From a virus: 64,000 bases of DNA. The notes under the pieces were generated by a model. That model was given only the letters and a program-made list of their open reading frames with translations, did not search any database and had not been told where the DNA came from. This document shows, in pieces, positions 1 to 10,600 of the stretch (positions within the stretch are counted from its first letter, which is position 1; every line of letters begins with the position of its first letter). The stretch is from the IMG/VR virus record IMGVR_UViG_3300042991_000131, positions 12,821 to 76,820 of that record; one strand, written 5' to 3'. Both the position numbers and the translations under genes were made by a program.

Positions 1-699
1 ATGACTGGCGCGCCCTATAGCGGGATTACTGTTGAGTTCTTCGCTGTTGACCAGATGAAGACAATTGGTGGCGGTAGCTACCCTTTCCGGATTATCATCG
101 AGGGTAACAACGCTACACTTGAGCAGATTTACACAAAGGTCCAGTACCTGCTTCGTCAGGCCACTGATATTGACGCTGGCGCTGGTACAGTCACTGGTAA
201 GACTGCTGCCGCTATGTTGGAGTTCGTTGGCGATACGCTTAACACTAAGACTGGCGTCTTCATCAACAATATTCAAGCAAACGACATTAATCGCATAGTT
301 CTGAAAGATCAGAACGGTGTCGATCGCACATATCCGTATGTGGCTGCTGGTACTCTGAGCTTTAATGCTTCGCTAATCGGTGCAGGTTCTAGCTATCGCC
401 TGATGTTCACAGCGCCTCCTGGTGCTGGCAATGATTACGGCGAAGCTGGTGCTATCACTGTGAATGATGGTAGCGGTACGCCGATCACTGGTACGATTAG
501 TGCAGCCTCGATAGGCTTCACCTTCGACTACGACGGTAACGTTCAAGGTGGCTTCACTGCTGGCACTGATCGTCCTGTCACCTTGATCGGTATCCGCCCC
601 GGTTACGGTAAGTTCGCTGTCGCAACCGGCACACTGTCCCGCTCAAAGGGCATAAGCCTCTCGCTTGTTGCTGAGCAGGACCGCGCGTATGCGGCCTAA
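1..699 (+). CDS. Putative virion structural protein, probably 5'-truncated by window edge
   Basis: Gly/Thr/Ala-rich beta-type ORF at start of the tightly packed virion operon. Confidence 0.55.
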   Translation: MTGAPYSGITVEFFAVDQMKTIGGGSYPFRIIIEGNNATLEQIYTKVQYLLRQATDIDAGAGTVTGKTAAAMLEFVGDTLNTKTGVFINNIQANDINRIVLKDQNGVDRTYPYVAAGTLSFNASLIGAGSSYRLMFTAPPGAGNDYGEAGAITVNDGSGTPITGTISAASIGFTFDYDGNVQGGFTAGTDRPVTLIGIRPGYGKFAVATGTLSRSKGISLSLVAEQDRAYAA

Positions 700-701
700 T
701 C

Positions 702-1325
702 ATGATAACATTCGACGGGCCGAACAAGATCATCGAGCTTGACGGTACGTTGCGAGTGTCAATTAGAGGCATCTACAGCCGCTGGGTTGATTGGATGGCT
801 CAAAGTGACAATCTCAAATACCTTCCAGCTTTCTCAGTAATCGCTGACCCGCCTAAGATCCCCGTATATGCCACGCTAGAAAATGGCTGGCGTATACGTC
901 CCTTAGGCCAAGCAACACCATACGTCTTAACACTGTTTGATGGCTTCTTAGCCACAGCAGAAGAGACGGATCCGCTACTTTTCGTGTCTAGTGGAGCTAA
1001 TCCGCGTGTGGTACTTGAGTCACCAGTCATAGCCGTTGGCTTTGAAATGGGCGGCACATCACTAACGCCAGAAGATATCTGGACGCATGAACCCAGGACG
1101 CTGACTGGTGGAGGCGGCGCTGGACCTAGCGGTGTGATCCACGTAATTGGAGACACTATTATCGTCAGCGACGAAACTGCTGCAACGATTAGTGAACTCA
1201 GTGATAGCGAAATGACAGTACAGAGTCCTGATTACAGTGTTGCCTCTGATCCAGATGCTAACATTCAGTTACCTGATGATTCCTCAACTGCCACAGTGGA
1301 GCCGGACTCCACGATAGGAACGTAA
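702..1325 (+). CDS. Hypothetical virion-associated protein
   Basis: Abuts neighbours in structural operon; acidic C-terminus. Confidence 0.5.
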   Translation: MITFDGPNKIIELDGTLRVSIRGIYSRWVDWMAQSDNLKYLPAFSVIADPPKIPVYATLENGWRIRPLGQATPYVLTLFDGFLATAEETDPLLFVSSGANPRVVLESPVIAVGFEMGGTSLTPEDIWTHEPRTLTGGGGAGPSGVIHVIGDTIIVSDETAATISELSDSEMTVQSPDYSVASDPDANIQLPDDSSTATVEPDSTIGT

Positions 1326-1678
1326 TGCCTACCATCTACTCCGGTGACACTTGGCCGTTCACCGCAACACTCAAAGTTGGCGTCGTAATCTTTCCTGTAG
1401 CCGGTGCCACACCTGGCCCGGCAGATACAGTTACTGCTAAGTTCATTGATAGCAAGACGTCTGTGCCGATTACGAATGATATCACATGCTTGGAAGCCAC
1501 TCCTGGCGCAGATTGGCTCAACGGCAAGGTTGCTATCGCGCCTTCTGACGTCGAAAGCATTAAGCTAGAGCCTTTCGTCGGTAAGCCTGTTCTGCTAGTT
1601 ATCCAAGTGCAGCGTACTGGTTATGGCAAGAAAGAGTGGCAGACTTCCTACACAATTAAGAAGGGCTGGATAGCCTAA
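1325..1678 (+). CDS. Hypothetical structural protein (BppU/Ig-like beta fold possible)
   Basis: TAATG stop/start coupling; GDT..F...L pattern. Confidence 0.4.
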   Translation: MPTIYSGDTWPFTATLKVGVVIFPVAGATPGPADTVTAKFIDSKTSVPITNDITCLEATPGADWLNGKVAIAPSDVESIKLEPFVGKPVLLVIQVQRTGYGKKEWQTSYTIKKGWIA

Positions 1679-2121
1679 TGGCATATATCGACGCGTCAGG
1701 TGGCGATGCCTATATGGCTACACGCGTCGGTAGCGATGCGTGGGATGAGGCCGAGACAGCCGACAAGGATAAGGCACTTGGCCATGCTACTCGGATTATT
1801 GATAACCTGAACTATCTTGGTATGAAGGCTGTGGCCGATCAGGAGAATGCTTTCCCTCGCCATGGTCAGACTGATGTGCCTAGCGATGTGTTAAATGCTT
1901 GCTGTGAGATTGCTCTAGCGTTACTTGATGGTGTTAATCCGGAACTAGAACTTGAAAACCTGAGTCAAGTTGCCTCAGGGTATGCCAACGTCAAAACTAC
2001 CTTCAATCGTGACTCGCTACCGGAACACATCCTGGCAGGTGTTCCATCTTCGACAGCTTGGCGCTATCTTAAGCCCTGGTTGCAAGATAATCGTAGCGTG
2101 AACATGATAAGGGTGTCCTAA
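1678..2121 (+). CDS. Head-tail connector (DnaT-like phage family)
   Basis: Y...DAY..R....W......K.KAL..ATR.ID...Y.G......Q...FPR motif. Confidence 0.7.
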   Translation: MAYIDASGGDAYMATRVGSDAWDEAETADKDKALGHATRIIDNLNYLGMKAVADQENAFPRHGQTDVPSDVLNACCEIALALLDGVNPELELENLSQVASGYANVKTTFNRDSLPEHILAGVPSSTAWRYLKPWLQDNRSVNMIRVS

Positions 2122-2131
2122 GGACAAACAG

Positions 2132-2923
2132 ATGCGTCTCAATATCATTTCTACTCTACTGCTACTCGCCTATGAAGGTGAGGAAACGCCCGAAGCGAAG
2201 GCTGCTGCCGAAGCTGCCCGAAAGGCCGCCGAAGATGAAAAGAATGGTAAGAAGTTCTCTCAGGAAGATGTGAACAAGATCGTTGCTGAAGAGAAGCGCA
2301 AGACACAGGCTGCACAGGCCAAGCTCGTCACTGAGCTTGAAGCCATGCGGAATAAGGCTAATCTCACCGCCAGCGAGCGCGAAGAGATTGAGCAGCGTCT
2401 TGAGAGCGTCAAGTCTGAGTTCATGACGAAGGAGGAACTTCTCAAGCAAGAGAAGGCCAAGAGCGAGAAGAAGCTCAAGGAAGAACTGGATACTAAGTCG
2501 AAGGAAGCCGAGAACTGGCGCGGCCGGTTCACTCAGTCCACTATCACGCGTTCGATTACTGATGCGGCCGTCGCTTCGGATGCTTTCAGCCCGAAGCAGA
2601 TTGTTGCTCAGTTAGCACCAAATACTCGCCTTGTCGATGTGCTTGGCGAGGACAACAAACCTACTGGTGAGTTCGTGGCAAAGGTGAAAATCACCGTGAA
2701 GGACAAGGACAGTAAAGACGTTACTCTCGACCTTCCGGTCGACGAGGCAGTGAAGAAGATGAGTGAGCAGGACGAGTTCGCTAATCTGTTCAAGGGTAAG
2801 GGCACCGGCGGTACTGGCGGTCAGAACCGTGGCGGTGGCAAGACCCCTGATTTAGTTACAGCGGCTCAGGGCGACCCTGCAACATATCGTCGTCTTCGCA
2901 AAGAAGGTAAGATCAGTCTCTAA
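2132..2923 (+). CDS. Capsid scaffolding protein
   Basis: Charged coiled coil, FSQEDVNKIV motif, Gly-rich C-terminus, directly upstream of capsid gene. Confidence 0.8.
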   Translation: MRLNIISTLLLLAYEGEETPEAKAAAEAARKAAEDEKNGKKFSQEDVNKIVAEEKRKTQAAQAKLVTELEAMRNKANLTASEREEIEQRLESVKSEFMTKEELLKQEKAKSEKKLKEELDTKSKEAENWRGRFTQSTITRSITDAAVASDAFSPKQIVAQLAPNTRLVDVLGEDNKPTGEFVAKVKITVKDKDSKDVTLDLPVDEAVKKMSEQDEFANLFKGKGTGGTGGQNRGGGKTPDLVTAAQGDPATYRRLRKEGKISL

Positions 2924-2975
2924 TCACCTGTGCCACGAAGCATAGCTTCTGTCACACTCCCAAGGAAATCTACAA

Positions 2976-4331
2976 GTGCGTACTCTCAATCTGATCCCCA
3001 CAATCATCCTGCTGGCCTACGCGAACGACAATGATGCGTTCGTTCCCGAGGTCTGGGCGCAGGAATCCCTGATGATCCTAGAGAATAACATGGTTGCGAC
3101 CAATCTGGTCCACCGTGACTTCTCGAATCAGATCGCTTCGTTTGGTGATGTGGTCAACACCCGCAAGCCCGGCACCTTCACTGCTACACGCAAGGGTAAC
3201 AATGATGATGTGACCGATCAGGATGCAAGCGCGACCAACGTGCCGGTGCCTCTCGATCAGCACCTGCACACCAGTTTCGTCATCAAGGATGGCGAGGAAT
3301 CGAAGAGCATGAAGTCGCTGGTTGAGGAGTACCTCAAGCCGGCTGCTATCTCGCTCGCCGAGGCTGCCGACCAGATCGTTCTCGGTCAGGTCTACAAGTT
3401 CCTGGGCAACGCGGTCGGTAAGCTCGGCACAACGATCACCAAGGATGTGGTCATCGCTGCGCGTGAGAAGATGAACGCGAACAAGGTTCCGCTCCAGGGC
3501 CGCAACTTCCTGATCAGCCCGAACATGGAAGGTGCCCTGCTTGGCATCGCTGATTTCGTCAACGCTGAGAAGGTTGGCGATGATGGCACTGCTCTCCGCG
3601 AAGGTTCGGTCGGCCGCAAGTTCGGCTTCGATACCTACATGGCTCAGCAGGTTCCGTCGATCGTTGGTGCTGCTCAGTCTGCTAGCGTCACTACGACCTC
3701 GGGCTACGCCGCCGGTGTTAGCACTGTTGCTTGCACCACGACCACAACTGCTCTGACAGTTGGTACGTGGGTCACAATCGACGGTCAGCCGTACCAGATC
3801 GCTGCCGGCACAACCGCGACCTCGTTGGTCCTGGCTAGCCCGCTGCGTCAGGCTATCCTGACTGCCTCTGTGGTTGTTCCGTACGCTGCCTCCCTGATCA
3901 ATCAGGTCGGTGGCTACGTTGCTGGTTGGTACAAGGCGATGAACTACGACACAGTGACACCGATCAAGGTCGGTCAGCTGATTTCGTCCGGTGCCGGTAT
4001 CTACTCGGCCATCGGCGGCACGGATGCGACCAAGCTCGTGCTTGATCGCCCCCTGGCTGCGACTGCCGCCGATGATGCCGTCCTGGGTCGCGGCCCGAAC
4101 GGTGAGTATGGCTTCGCGTTCCACCGGAATGCGCTGGCCTTCGTCACCCGCCCGCTTGCCCAGCCCCGCGCTGGCATGGGCGCTCTGTCGTCCGTCGCGT
4201 CGTACAATGGTCTCGGCCTGCGCGTGACCATGACCTACGACGGCAAGGCTCAGGGCACACGTGTGACCCTCGACATGCTGGCTGGTGTCAAGGAACTGGA
4301 TCTGGCTCTCGGCTGCCCGGTCCTTGGCTAA
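2976..4331 (+). CDS. Major capsid protein (P22 coat-like HK97 fold with insertion domain)
   Basis: FVPEVWA, GDVVN.RKP, GRKFGFD.Y, FAFHRNALAFVTRPL, D.L.GVK motifs; GTG start with AAGGA RBS; C/T-ending codons. Confidence 0.88.
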   Translation: MRTLNLIPTIILLAYANDNDAFVPEVWAQESLMILENNMVATNLVHRDFSNQIASFGDVVNTRKPGTFTATRKGNNDDVTDQDASATNVPVPLDQHLHTSFVIKDGEESKSMKSLVEEYLKPAAISLAEAADQIVLGQVYKFLGNAVGKLGTTITKDVVIAAREKMNANKVPLQGRNFLISPNMEGALLGIADFVNAEKVGDDGTALREGSVGRKFGFDTYMAQQVPSIVGAAQSASVTTTSGYAAGVSTVACTTTTTALTVGTWVTIDGQPYQIAAGTTATSLVLASPLRQAILTASVVVPYAASLINQVGGYVAGWYKAMNYDTVTPIKVGQLISSGAGIYSAIGGTDATKLVLDRPLAATAADDAVLGRGPNGEYGFAFHRNALAFVTRPLAQPRAGMGALSSVASYNGLGLRVTMTYDGKAQGTRVTLDMLAGVKELDLALGCPVLG

Positions 4332-4340
4332 TTAGGTAAA

Positions 4341-4380
4341 ACTAGTGCCTGTGCAGGAGTAATCCTGCACAGGCATTGGT
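4341..4380 (+). terminator. 18-bp stem-loop after capsid gene (attenuator or stabiliser; no U tract)
   Basis: ACTAGTGCCTGTGCAGGA-GTAA-TCCTGCACAGGCATTGGT. Confidence 0.6.
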
Positions 4381-4388
4381 CCTAAGCC

Positions 4389-4781
4389 ATGAATATCATC
4401 ACCGACATAACATCGGGATTAGTTGTTATAGCAGGTGCAGTAGTAGCAGAGGCCGCAACTGATCCAGTCACGCATTATGCCGGGCTGTTTGAGAAATTCG
4501 GCGTCATGGCCTGCTTACTGCTGTACTTTCTTGTTCGCGATTACTATCGTAACAAAGCTGATATGGCCGAGAAGATGGCCAACGCAGCCAAGCACGATGC
4601 CTTGGAAGATTTTATACGTATAGAGTTAATGAAGCAACTCACTGATAGCACTGGTGCTATACGCTCAAGTGAGAAAACTCATAAGCGTCTCTTAGAAGCA
4701 TTAGAACATAAGACGCCGTGTCTTGCTGATGCTGCTAAGAAAGCTTCTCAGGCTGCCAAGAAAGAGACTGATTCGCAATGA
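4389..4781 (+). CDS. Membrane protein, holin-like
   Basis: Hydrophobic segments (FGVMACLLLYFLV) then charged coiled tail. Confidence 0.45.
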   Translation: MNIITDITSGLVVIAGAVVAEAATDPVTHYAGLFEKFGVMACLLLYFLVRDYYRNKADMAEKMANAAKHDALEDFIRIELMKQLTDSTGAIRSSEKTHKRLLEALEHKTPCLADAAKKASQAAKKETDSQ

Positions 4782-5224
4782 AAAATAATCTTCGCCAGAT
4801 TGAATTAATCCTGTACCGGCTCAAGCGTGAGTACGGCCTGCCAATCGTTGTACGTAAGCAAACGCAAAACGACAACGATATTCAAACTGGCAAGATTACC
4901 TCTGCTTATGATGTGTACAAGATTAAGCGAGCGATCTGCTTACCTGCCGATTTAATGCGAACATTCATCTACGATTTAACTTATGTTGCTGCTAATAAAA
5001 ACTTCGCCTATGGTGGACATTTCGATAAATTAACTAAGGTATTTATTATTGATAAGAAAGATATTAAGGTCGATGGTGTCAAGGTAGTGATCGGGTTGGA
5101 TTGTCACATCGTCTATAAGGAACGTCGGTACGATATAGTCGCCGCCGACGAGACTGAGGACGAGACAAGCTACTTGATTAAGGCCAAGAACGTCGATCAG
5201 ACACCTATTATATTAGACCCGTGA
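4778..5224 (+). CDS. Head closure/neck protein
   Basis: Position; C-terminal IVY...RYDIV...E....YLI beta pattern. Confidence 0.6.
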   Translation: MKNNLRQIELILYRLKREYGLPIVVRKQTQNDNDIQTGKITSAYDVYKIKRAICLPADLMRTFIYDLTYVAANKNFAYGGHFDKLTKVFIIDKKDIKVDGVKVVIGLDCHIVYKERRYDIVAADETEDETSYLIKAKNVDQTPIILDP

Positions 5225-5230
5225 GGACAA

Positions 5231-5707
5231 ATGCCAGCTAACCACAATTGGCCACGTTGGATATTTGCCTCAGTTAGCAAGCACTTCAGCGACCGCCGCG
5301 GAACGCTTGCTTTCTATATAGAGGGTCAAGAGCGTAATGTGCCTGCTCCTAAGGATCTTTTAGAGTTAAGGCTTGACGGCCCGTACTTGACGGAGGTCAA
5401 TAAAGATTACTGGAGGCTTTACATCGAGGTTAGCGTTCTAGTACAGGCTATAAAAGACGACAGTGATTATCATAGGATACACAGTCACACAGGTCTTGTA
5501 GCCCAGGCATTTACGACGATACCAGTCTACAAGTTCGGCGATGGCGAGGATGATGACCAGACCCAACTTGGTTGCCTCGAACTGGTGCAAAATCTTGGTA
5601 AGCGAGAACGCATCCAAATTAATAACTTTGGTCAAATTGAACAATCGACTCCGTTGCTCCAATCAAGCGTAGAGGGACATTTTGAAATGTACCTCTCAAC
5701 CCAATAA
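5231..5707 (+). CDS. Tail terminator-like protein
   Basis: Size and position directly before major tail gene. Confidence 0.55.
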   Translation: MPANHNWPRWIFASVSKHFSDRRGTLAFYIEGQERNVPAPKDLLELRLDGPYLTEVNKDYWRLYIEVSVLVQAIKDDSDYHRIHSHTGLVAQAFTTIPVYKFGDGEDDDQTQLGCLELVQNLGKRERIQINNFGQIEQSTPLLQSSVEGHFEMYLSTQ

Positions 5708-5715
5708 GGATAATC

Positions 5716-6417
5716 ATGGCTCAGATCGACATGAAGAATGCGCTGCTGAAGATTCGCGACGGTGGCAACAATACAGTTGTTTCCACTGGTACGATCACAG
5801 CTATCGCAGCTATTGGTGCTACTGTCCTGGCTGGTACATACTCCGCAACACCCGTCGTCGGTGGCTATGCTACGATTAGCGGCCGACGCTATAAGCTGAC
5901 TGCCGGTTCAACAACTTCGATCACGCTGGAAGCTCCTGGCCTGCTTGAGGCCACTACTGCTGGTGAGGCTGTCTCCTGCACAGGTCTTGAGAACTCGATC
6001 ACCGTCAAGGTTGGCGATGGTACACTCACTTATTCCGAGAAGCGGAATATGGAGTACACCCTGGATCGCGGTATTCTTGACGAGGTTCGTGAAGGCGATG
6101 AAGTCCCGATGGACGTCAAGTTCGACTTCGTTTGGGAATACATCAAGGGTTCGGCTGTGGCTCTCTCGCCGCCTAGCGTCGAGGATGCTCTCAAGAAGAT
6201 CGGTCTGGCTAGCACATGGGTTAGCTCTGATACCGATGCTTGCAAGCCGTACGCTGTTGACCTGCTGGTACTCTACGTGCCGCAGTGCACTGGTGACCAG
6301 GAAGAAATTGTGCTCGAAGACTTCCGTTGGGAGTCTCTGGATCACGATCTGAAGGCTGGTACGATTAGCTGCACAGGTAAGTGCAACAAGAAGACCGCGA
6401 CCGTGCTGCGCGGATAA
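5716..6417 (+). CDS. Major tail tube protein
   Basis: Position before chaperone and tape measure; high-expression codon usage; followed by terminator. Confidence 0.7.
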   Translation: MAQIDMKNALLKIRDGGNNTVVSTGTITAIAAIGATVLAGTYSATPVVGGYATISGRRYKLTAGSTTSITLEAPGLLEATTAGEAVSCTGLENSITVKVGDGTLTYSEKRNMEYTLDRGILDEVREGDEVPMDVKFDFVWEYIKGSAVALSPPSVEDALKKIGLASTWVSSDTDACKPYAVDLLVLYVPQCTGDQEEIVLEDFRWESLDHDLKAGTISCTGKCNKKTATVLRG

Positions 6418-6429
6418 TCCGAGTAATAT

Positions 6430-6459
6430 GGCCCGGCAGGACGTTCCTGCCGGGCTTTT
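6430..6459 (+). terminator. Intrinsic terminator
   Basis: GGCCCGGCAGGA-CGT-TCCTGCCGGGCT then TTT. Confidence 0.75.
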
Positions 6460-6490
6460 ACCCTCTACTAGCAACTATAGGAGCTAGGTC

Positions 6491-6955
6491 ATGAAGATCA
6501 AAGGTCGTAAGTTAGACAAGCCTCAGGTTGAGGTTTGTGTCATTCCTCGTCACGATGGCGATATCGTGTTCAAGGCACAGCCAGTGGTTGATTTCACTGA
6601 TTTCGTTGCACTATGCCCGATGCCTCAAGCTCCAGTTATTCTGAAGCGTGGCGGCACCGAGTCAAGGGATGTTGAGGATAAGGATTACAAGGCTGCCCTG
6701 GACAAGTGGGCCGAGCAGCGTACCGACTGGATGATTATCAAGTCACTGCAAGCCACTGAGGAACTGGAGTGGGAGACGGTCAATGTCTCTGATCCTTCCA
6801 CTTGGTCTAATTTCCGTCTTGAGTTCGAGAAGAGTGGTCTGACTGGTATCGAAGTCAATGCTGTCATTAGCATCGTCATTGACGCTTGCGGTCTTAATCA
6901 GAAGAAGATTGAGGAGGCAACCAAGCGTTTTTTAGCTGGTCAGGTGCCGGCGTAA
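6491..6955 (+). CDS. Tail assembly chaperone (gpG-like)
   Basis: Between tail tube and tape measure; slippery T TTT TTA at 6928-6934. Confidence 0.75.
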   Translation: MKIKGRKLDKPQVEVCVIPRHDGDIVFKAQPVVDFTDFVALCPMPQAPVILKRGGTESRDVEDKDYKAALDKWAEQRTDWMIIKSLQATEELEWETVNVSDPSTWSNFRLEFEKSGLTGIEVNAVISIVIDACGLNQKKIEEATKRFLAGQVPA

Positions 6956-7122
6956 AGAAGGCAATTATACCGAAATATAGAACTGAACACTATGCTATTT
7001 GGCGCGCTTGTGAACGTTTCAGCATATTGCCACCAGACGTAAAGACTGAGTGGGATGAGTGTGACGTTATAACGCAAGCTGAGCTTCTGGCATACGATCA
7101 GTTACGGTCAACAGAAGAGTGA
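6931..7122 (+). CDS. -1 frameshift extension of tail chaperone (gpGT-like)
   Basis: -1 frame open from slip site: FSWSGAGVKKAIIPKYRTEHYAIWRACERF...RSTEE, TGA 7120-7122. Confidence 0.7.
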   Translation, partial: FSWSGAGVKKAIIPKYRTEHYAIWRACERFSILPPDVKTEWDECDVITQAELLAYDQLRSTEE

Positions 7123-7154
7123 TAGAGATATTCAATCAACCCTGGACTTAAGAC

Positions 7155-7697
7155 ATGCAAGCTTCACTCATCCGAGTAAAGGGTCTTAAGCCCAGGGTTG
7201 ATGTATTTAGTAAAAAGCTCCACGAAAATATGACTCGACTGTGGAAGGACGCCACCAAGGAGTTCATTGTCGAGGCAATAAAACTTGTGCATATTGATAC
7301 AGGAATGTCGCGTAGTTCACTGCTACCACTAGGGCGACTCGTTCGCATGGTTACTGCGATTAAAGCATACGGATCACGTACACCCGGTAAGGGCGGACCT
7401 GTCCGCAAGAGTCGTACAGGCTATACTGACCTAGCAGGTAATTACGATCCTACTATTAATCGTACTGCTGCATTAGGTGAGAAACTTGGTGAGCGAGCCT
7501 TTCGACTTAACTTTGGCTCTCCTGCTAGACCGGTATTCCATTTTGAATTCAACATTAAAGTATACCAATATGCACTGCATGAAGAGGATTGGGAGTCTAT
7601 TGAGCGTGGTCAAGAAGCCTTCCTGGCCTATCTAAAAAACAACGCTATCAACTATGTGCCAAAACTGGCCGAGTGGATACTCCCGGAGACGACCTAA
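7155..7697 (+). CDS. Tail completion/neck protein (HK97 gp10-like)
   Basis: IDTG.SRSS motif, basic. Confidence 0.55.
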   Translation: MQASLIRVKGLKPRVDVFSKKLHENMTRLWKDATKEFIVEAIKLVHIDTGMSRSSLLPLGRLVRMVTAIKAYGSRTPGKGGPVRKSRTGYTDLAGNYDPTINRTAALGEKLGERAFRLNFGSPARPVFHFEFNIKVYQYALHEEDWESIERGQEAFLAYLKNNAINYVPKLAEWILPETT

Positions 7698-10600
7698 ATG
7701 CCCGATAACATCTATACGTTAATATTAGACGCAGCACCGTATCTTAAAGGCGCACACGTCGCAGCCGGTGGCAATAAGCTACTTGATGATGCATTCAAGA
7801 CAAGTACACAAGGTGCGCTCGTCTTTAATAGCAAAATGGAAGTTATACAAAAGACTCTTAAAAGTGTGACGTCCTCTGGCGAGATAATGACTAAGACTGT
7901 CAAGCGAATTGGCGATGATTGGTATATTGCATCTACTAAAATGACACAGGGATTAGGTGCCGCTAAGAAAGCTGCTGAGGCACTGGCCGCTGCCGAGGCT
8001 GCTGCTCAAGGCAGATCAGCTACACGCGGCATAGCTTCTGGCCAGGCTGCTGTTGGTATCGTTGGCAAAACACCGCTACCTACTGGTGGTTCGAGCAACG
8101 AGCTACTAGCGTATAATCGTGCATTGGCTGGCCTACAGAAGTTCACGCAGGAAAATGTTACTTCTGCTGCACGTGTACAGAAGGTCTGGACGGATGTTAA
8201 CAACAATGTCTTTTCGGCTAATCCAAAGTATCAAGCTCTGCAGAATCAACTTGTCAAGGTTAAGAATGCCATTGCAGATATTGGTGCTGAGTCACGTAGA
8301 GCTAAAGAATCGTCTGATAATTACTTCTTGTCATGGCGCAATATCATGCGCTTCTTTGAGGCTCGTCTACTCTATAACGGTGTTAGTGATCTTGTTGGTG
8401 CTGTAAAGGCTGGTACGTCAAGGGCAATCGAATTCGAGCAGGTGCTCGGGCGCATCACTACACTAGCACCTACGCTAGCCGGTGGCTACAAAGAGTGGGG
8501 CGAATCCGTTAAGCGTGTAGCTACGACATTTGGCGTCGATGCTACAGATGCTGCTAAATCCTATTACTCTGCACTGTCTAATCAGATCGGTAACAGTATT
8601 CAAGAGATTGAATCGTTCACCAGGACAACTGCTGAGTTTGCCCGTGTCACTGGCTCTACCGCGGAGCAAGCCAACAATTTATTCTCGTCAGCGATTAACG
8701 CCTTTGGTAAGTCTGCCGGTGAAGCTAACGATATTGCTGCCAAGTTCTTCAAGACAATCGACTTGGGCCGCGTCACTGCTGCCGGATTAAGTGGCTCATT
8801 CGGTCGTACAGCCGTTGCTGCAAGCACGTTAGGCGTTAAGTACGAAGAACTACTTGCCTCGCTGTCAACACTCAGTCGTCAAGGTGTGACCGACGCAGAC
8901 GCGCAGACTCAGACTCTTAACTTATTCAATAAGTTAATCAAGCCTACTGAGAAGTTAAAGGAAATGTTGCAGGAGTGGGGCTATGAAAGTGGTCAGGCTC
9001 TAGTAGCAAATGAAGGCTTAGTCGGCGTGTTGCGCCGCTTAGATAAGGAATTACAAGCTAACGGTGTAGCTCGACTCGGCGAGTTAATCAACGATATTCG
9101 TGGTCTACGTGGTACATTTGGTCTAACTGGTAAGGGCTTGCAAGAGTTCAACCACGACTTGGAGTTAATTCGTAATTCTACAGATGATTATCGTAAGGCT
9201 GTCGAGTTAACTGCAGATACAACTGGTCAGAAGTGGGCTAAGCAACTTAATGAAGTTAAGATTGCATTCACAAGCCTAGGACAGAACGCGTTAGGCGTAC
9301 TTGTACCTATATCTGATTTCATTGGCGGGCTGGTTAACGGGATAAAAATATTAATTTCCTCTGTTATAATCTTAGCAACACACATGTATGGTCTGCGTAT
9401 TGCCATACCTGTTATTAATTTCATACGTGATGCTTGGGCTGGTGTGACTTTAGCAGCTAAGCATGCAACATATGCAATAGAACTAGCCAAAGCTGCTGCT
9501 ACATTTGGTATTTCATTAGCCATTGGTGCTATTATCTCGTATTTTGCTTTAGCAGAAAATGCCGCTAAGCGTGGCAAACGGGTGTACGCCGAGGCACAAG
9601 AGGCTACTCGCGAAGCTACAAAGAATGCTCTTGAGTATATAACAAAGGGCTATGATAGATTAGCAAGAAGCATTGAGGACTCATTTAAGCCTGGTCTTGA
9701 TTCCATTGCTTTAACACGCCGCGCATATGTACGAACACTAGCAGAGATTGATGATGGTTTCAAGGATCTTAAGAAGACACTTAAGAGCTTTGAAGATGAA
9801 ACATTCCGTCAACTAGATGACCGCATCAGTGATATAACGAGTAGCCTATCATCGCTACGTAGCGAAACAAAGACACTTGAAGCAGAGCTAAGCAAAGCAT
9901 TCAATGCTGACGAGCTTGCCAACTTCCGCGACACACTTGACGATCTTACAGCCGGCAAGAAAGCCCGTGCTGTCGAAGCTAAGATTAAAGCTGCTTTACA
10001 GGAAGCGACTGGTCTAGCCAGATTATCTCTTACTAAAACAGATGGTGCTGAACGCGCAAAGCTAATCAAGCAGTCGCGTGAGAAGAAAGATATTGCTGAG
10101 TCCTTAGCAACTGATTTGAAGGCACTTGCACGTGAGTCAATTAAGGATAAAGAAGCCGCTGACCGTGATGCAGAGAAGTATACGAAGAAGAACGTTGCAA
10201 GAGAACGTACACAGCTTAAGTTACAGCAAGAGATTAAGACATTAGAAAATGAGAAGCGCGCCAACGCTGGCAAGTTGAAAGATGAATCACGTGAAGATGC
10301 TAATAGGCGCCAGCTTTTATATGCTAGTCAAATTGCCGAGAAGCAAGAAGAACTTAATCGTTACGAGGAAGAAGGTCGTAAGGCGCGTGAACTAGTTAAG
10401 GTTACTACAAGGGATATTTATGAGTATAATAAAGGCATAGTCGATCTTGAAAAGGAACGTGTTGCATTGATTAATGCTCAATTGGATGTGACTAGGTTGA
10501 TGACTAAGGAGAAACAAGCGGAACAGGAATCGTTAAAAAAGACTAAAGAAGGTTTGACAAATATATTTGAAGAGATTAGCGATCTAATGACGAGTAAAGA

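Noticed and set aside
3078-4124. Long antisense ORFs (3078-4124, 31320-31934, 53941-54489, 32695-33372)
   Set aside because: Shadows of strongly codon-biased sense genes or of the tRNA; no recognisable motifs.
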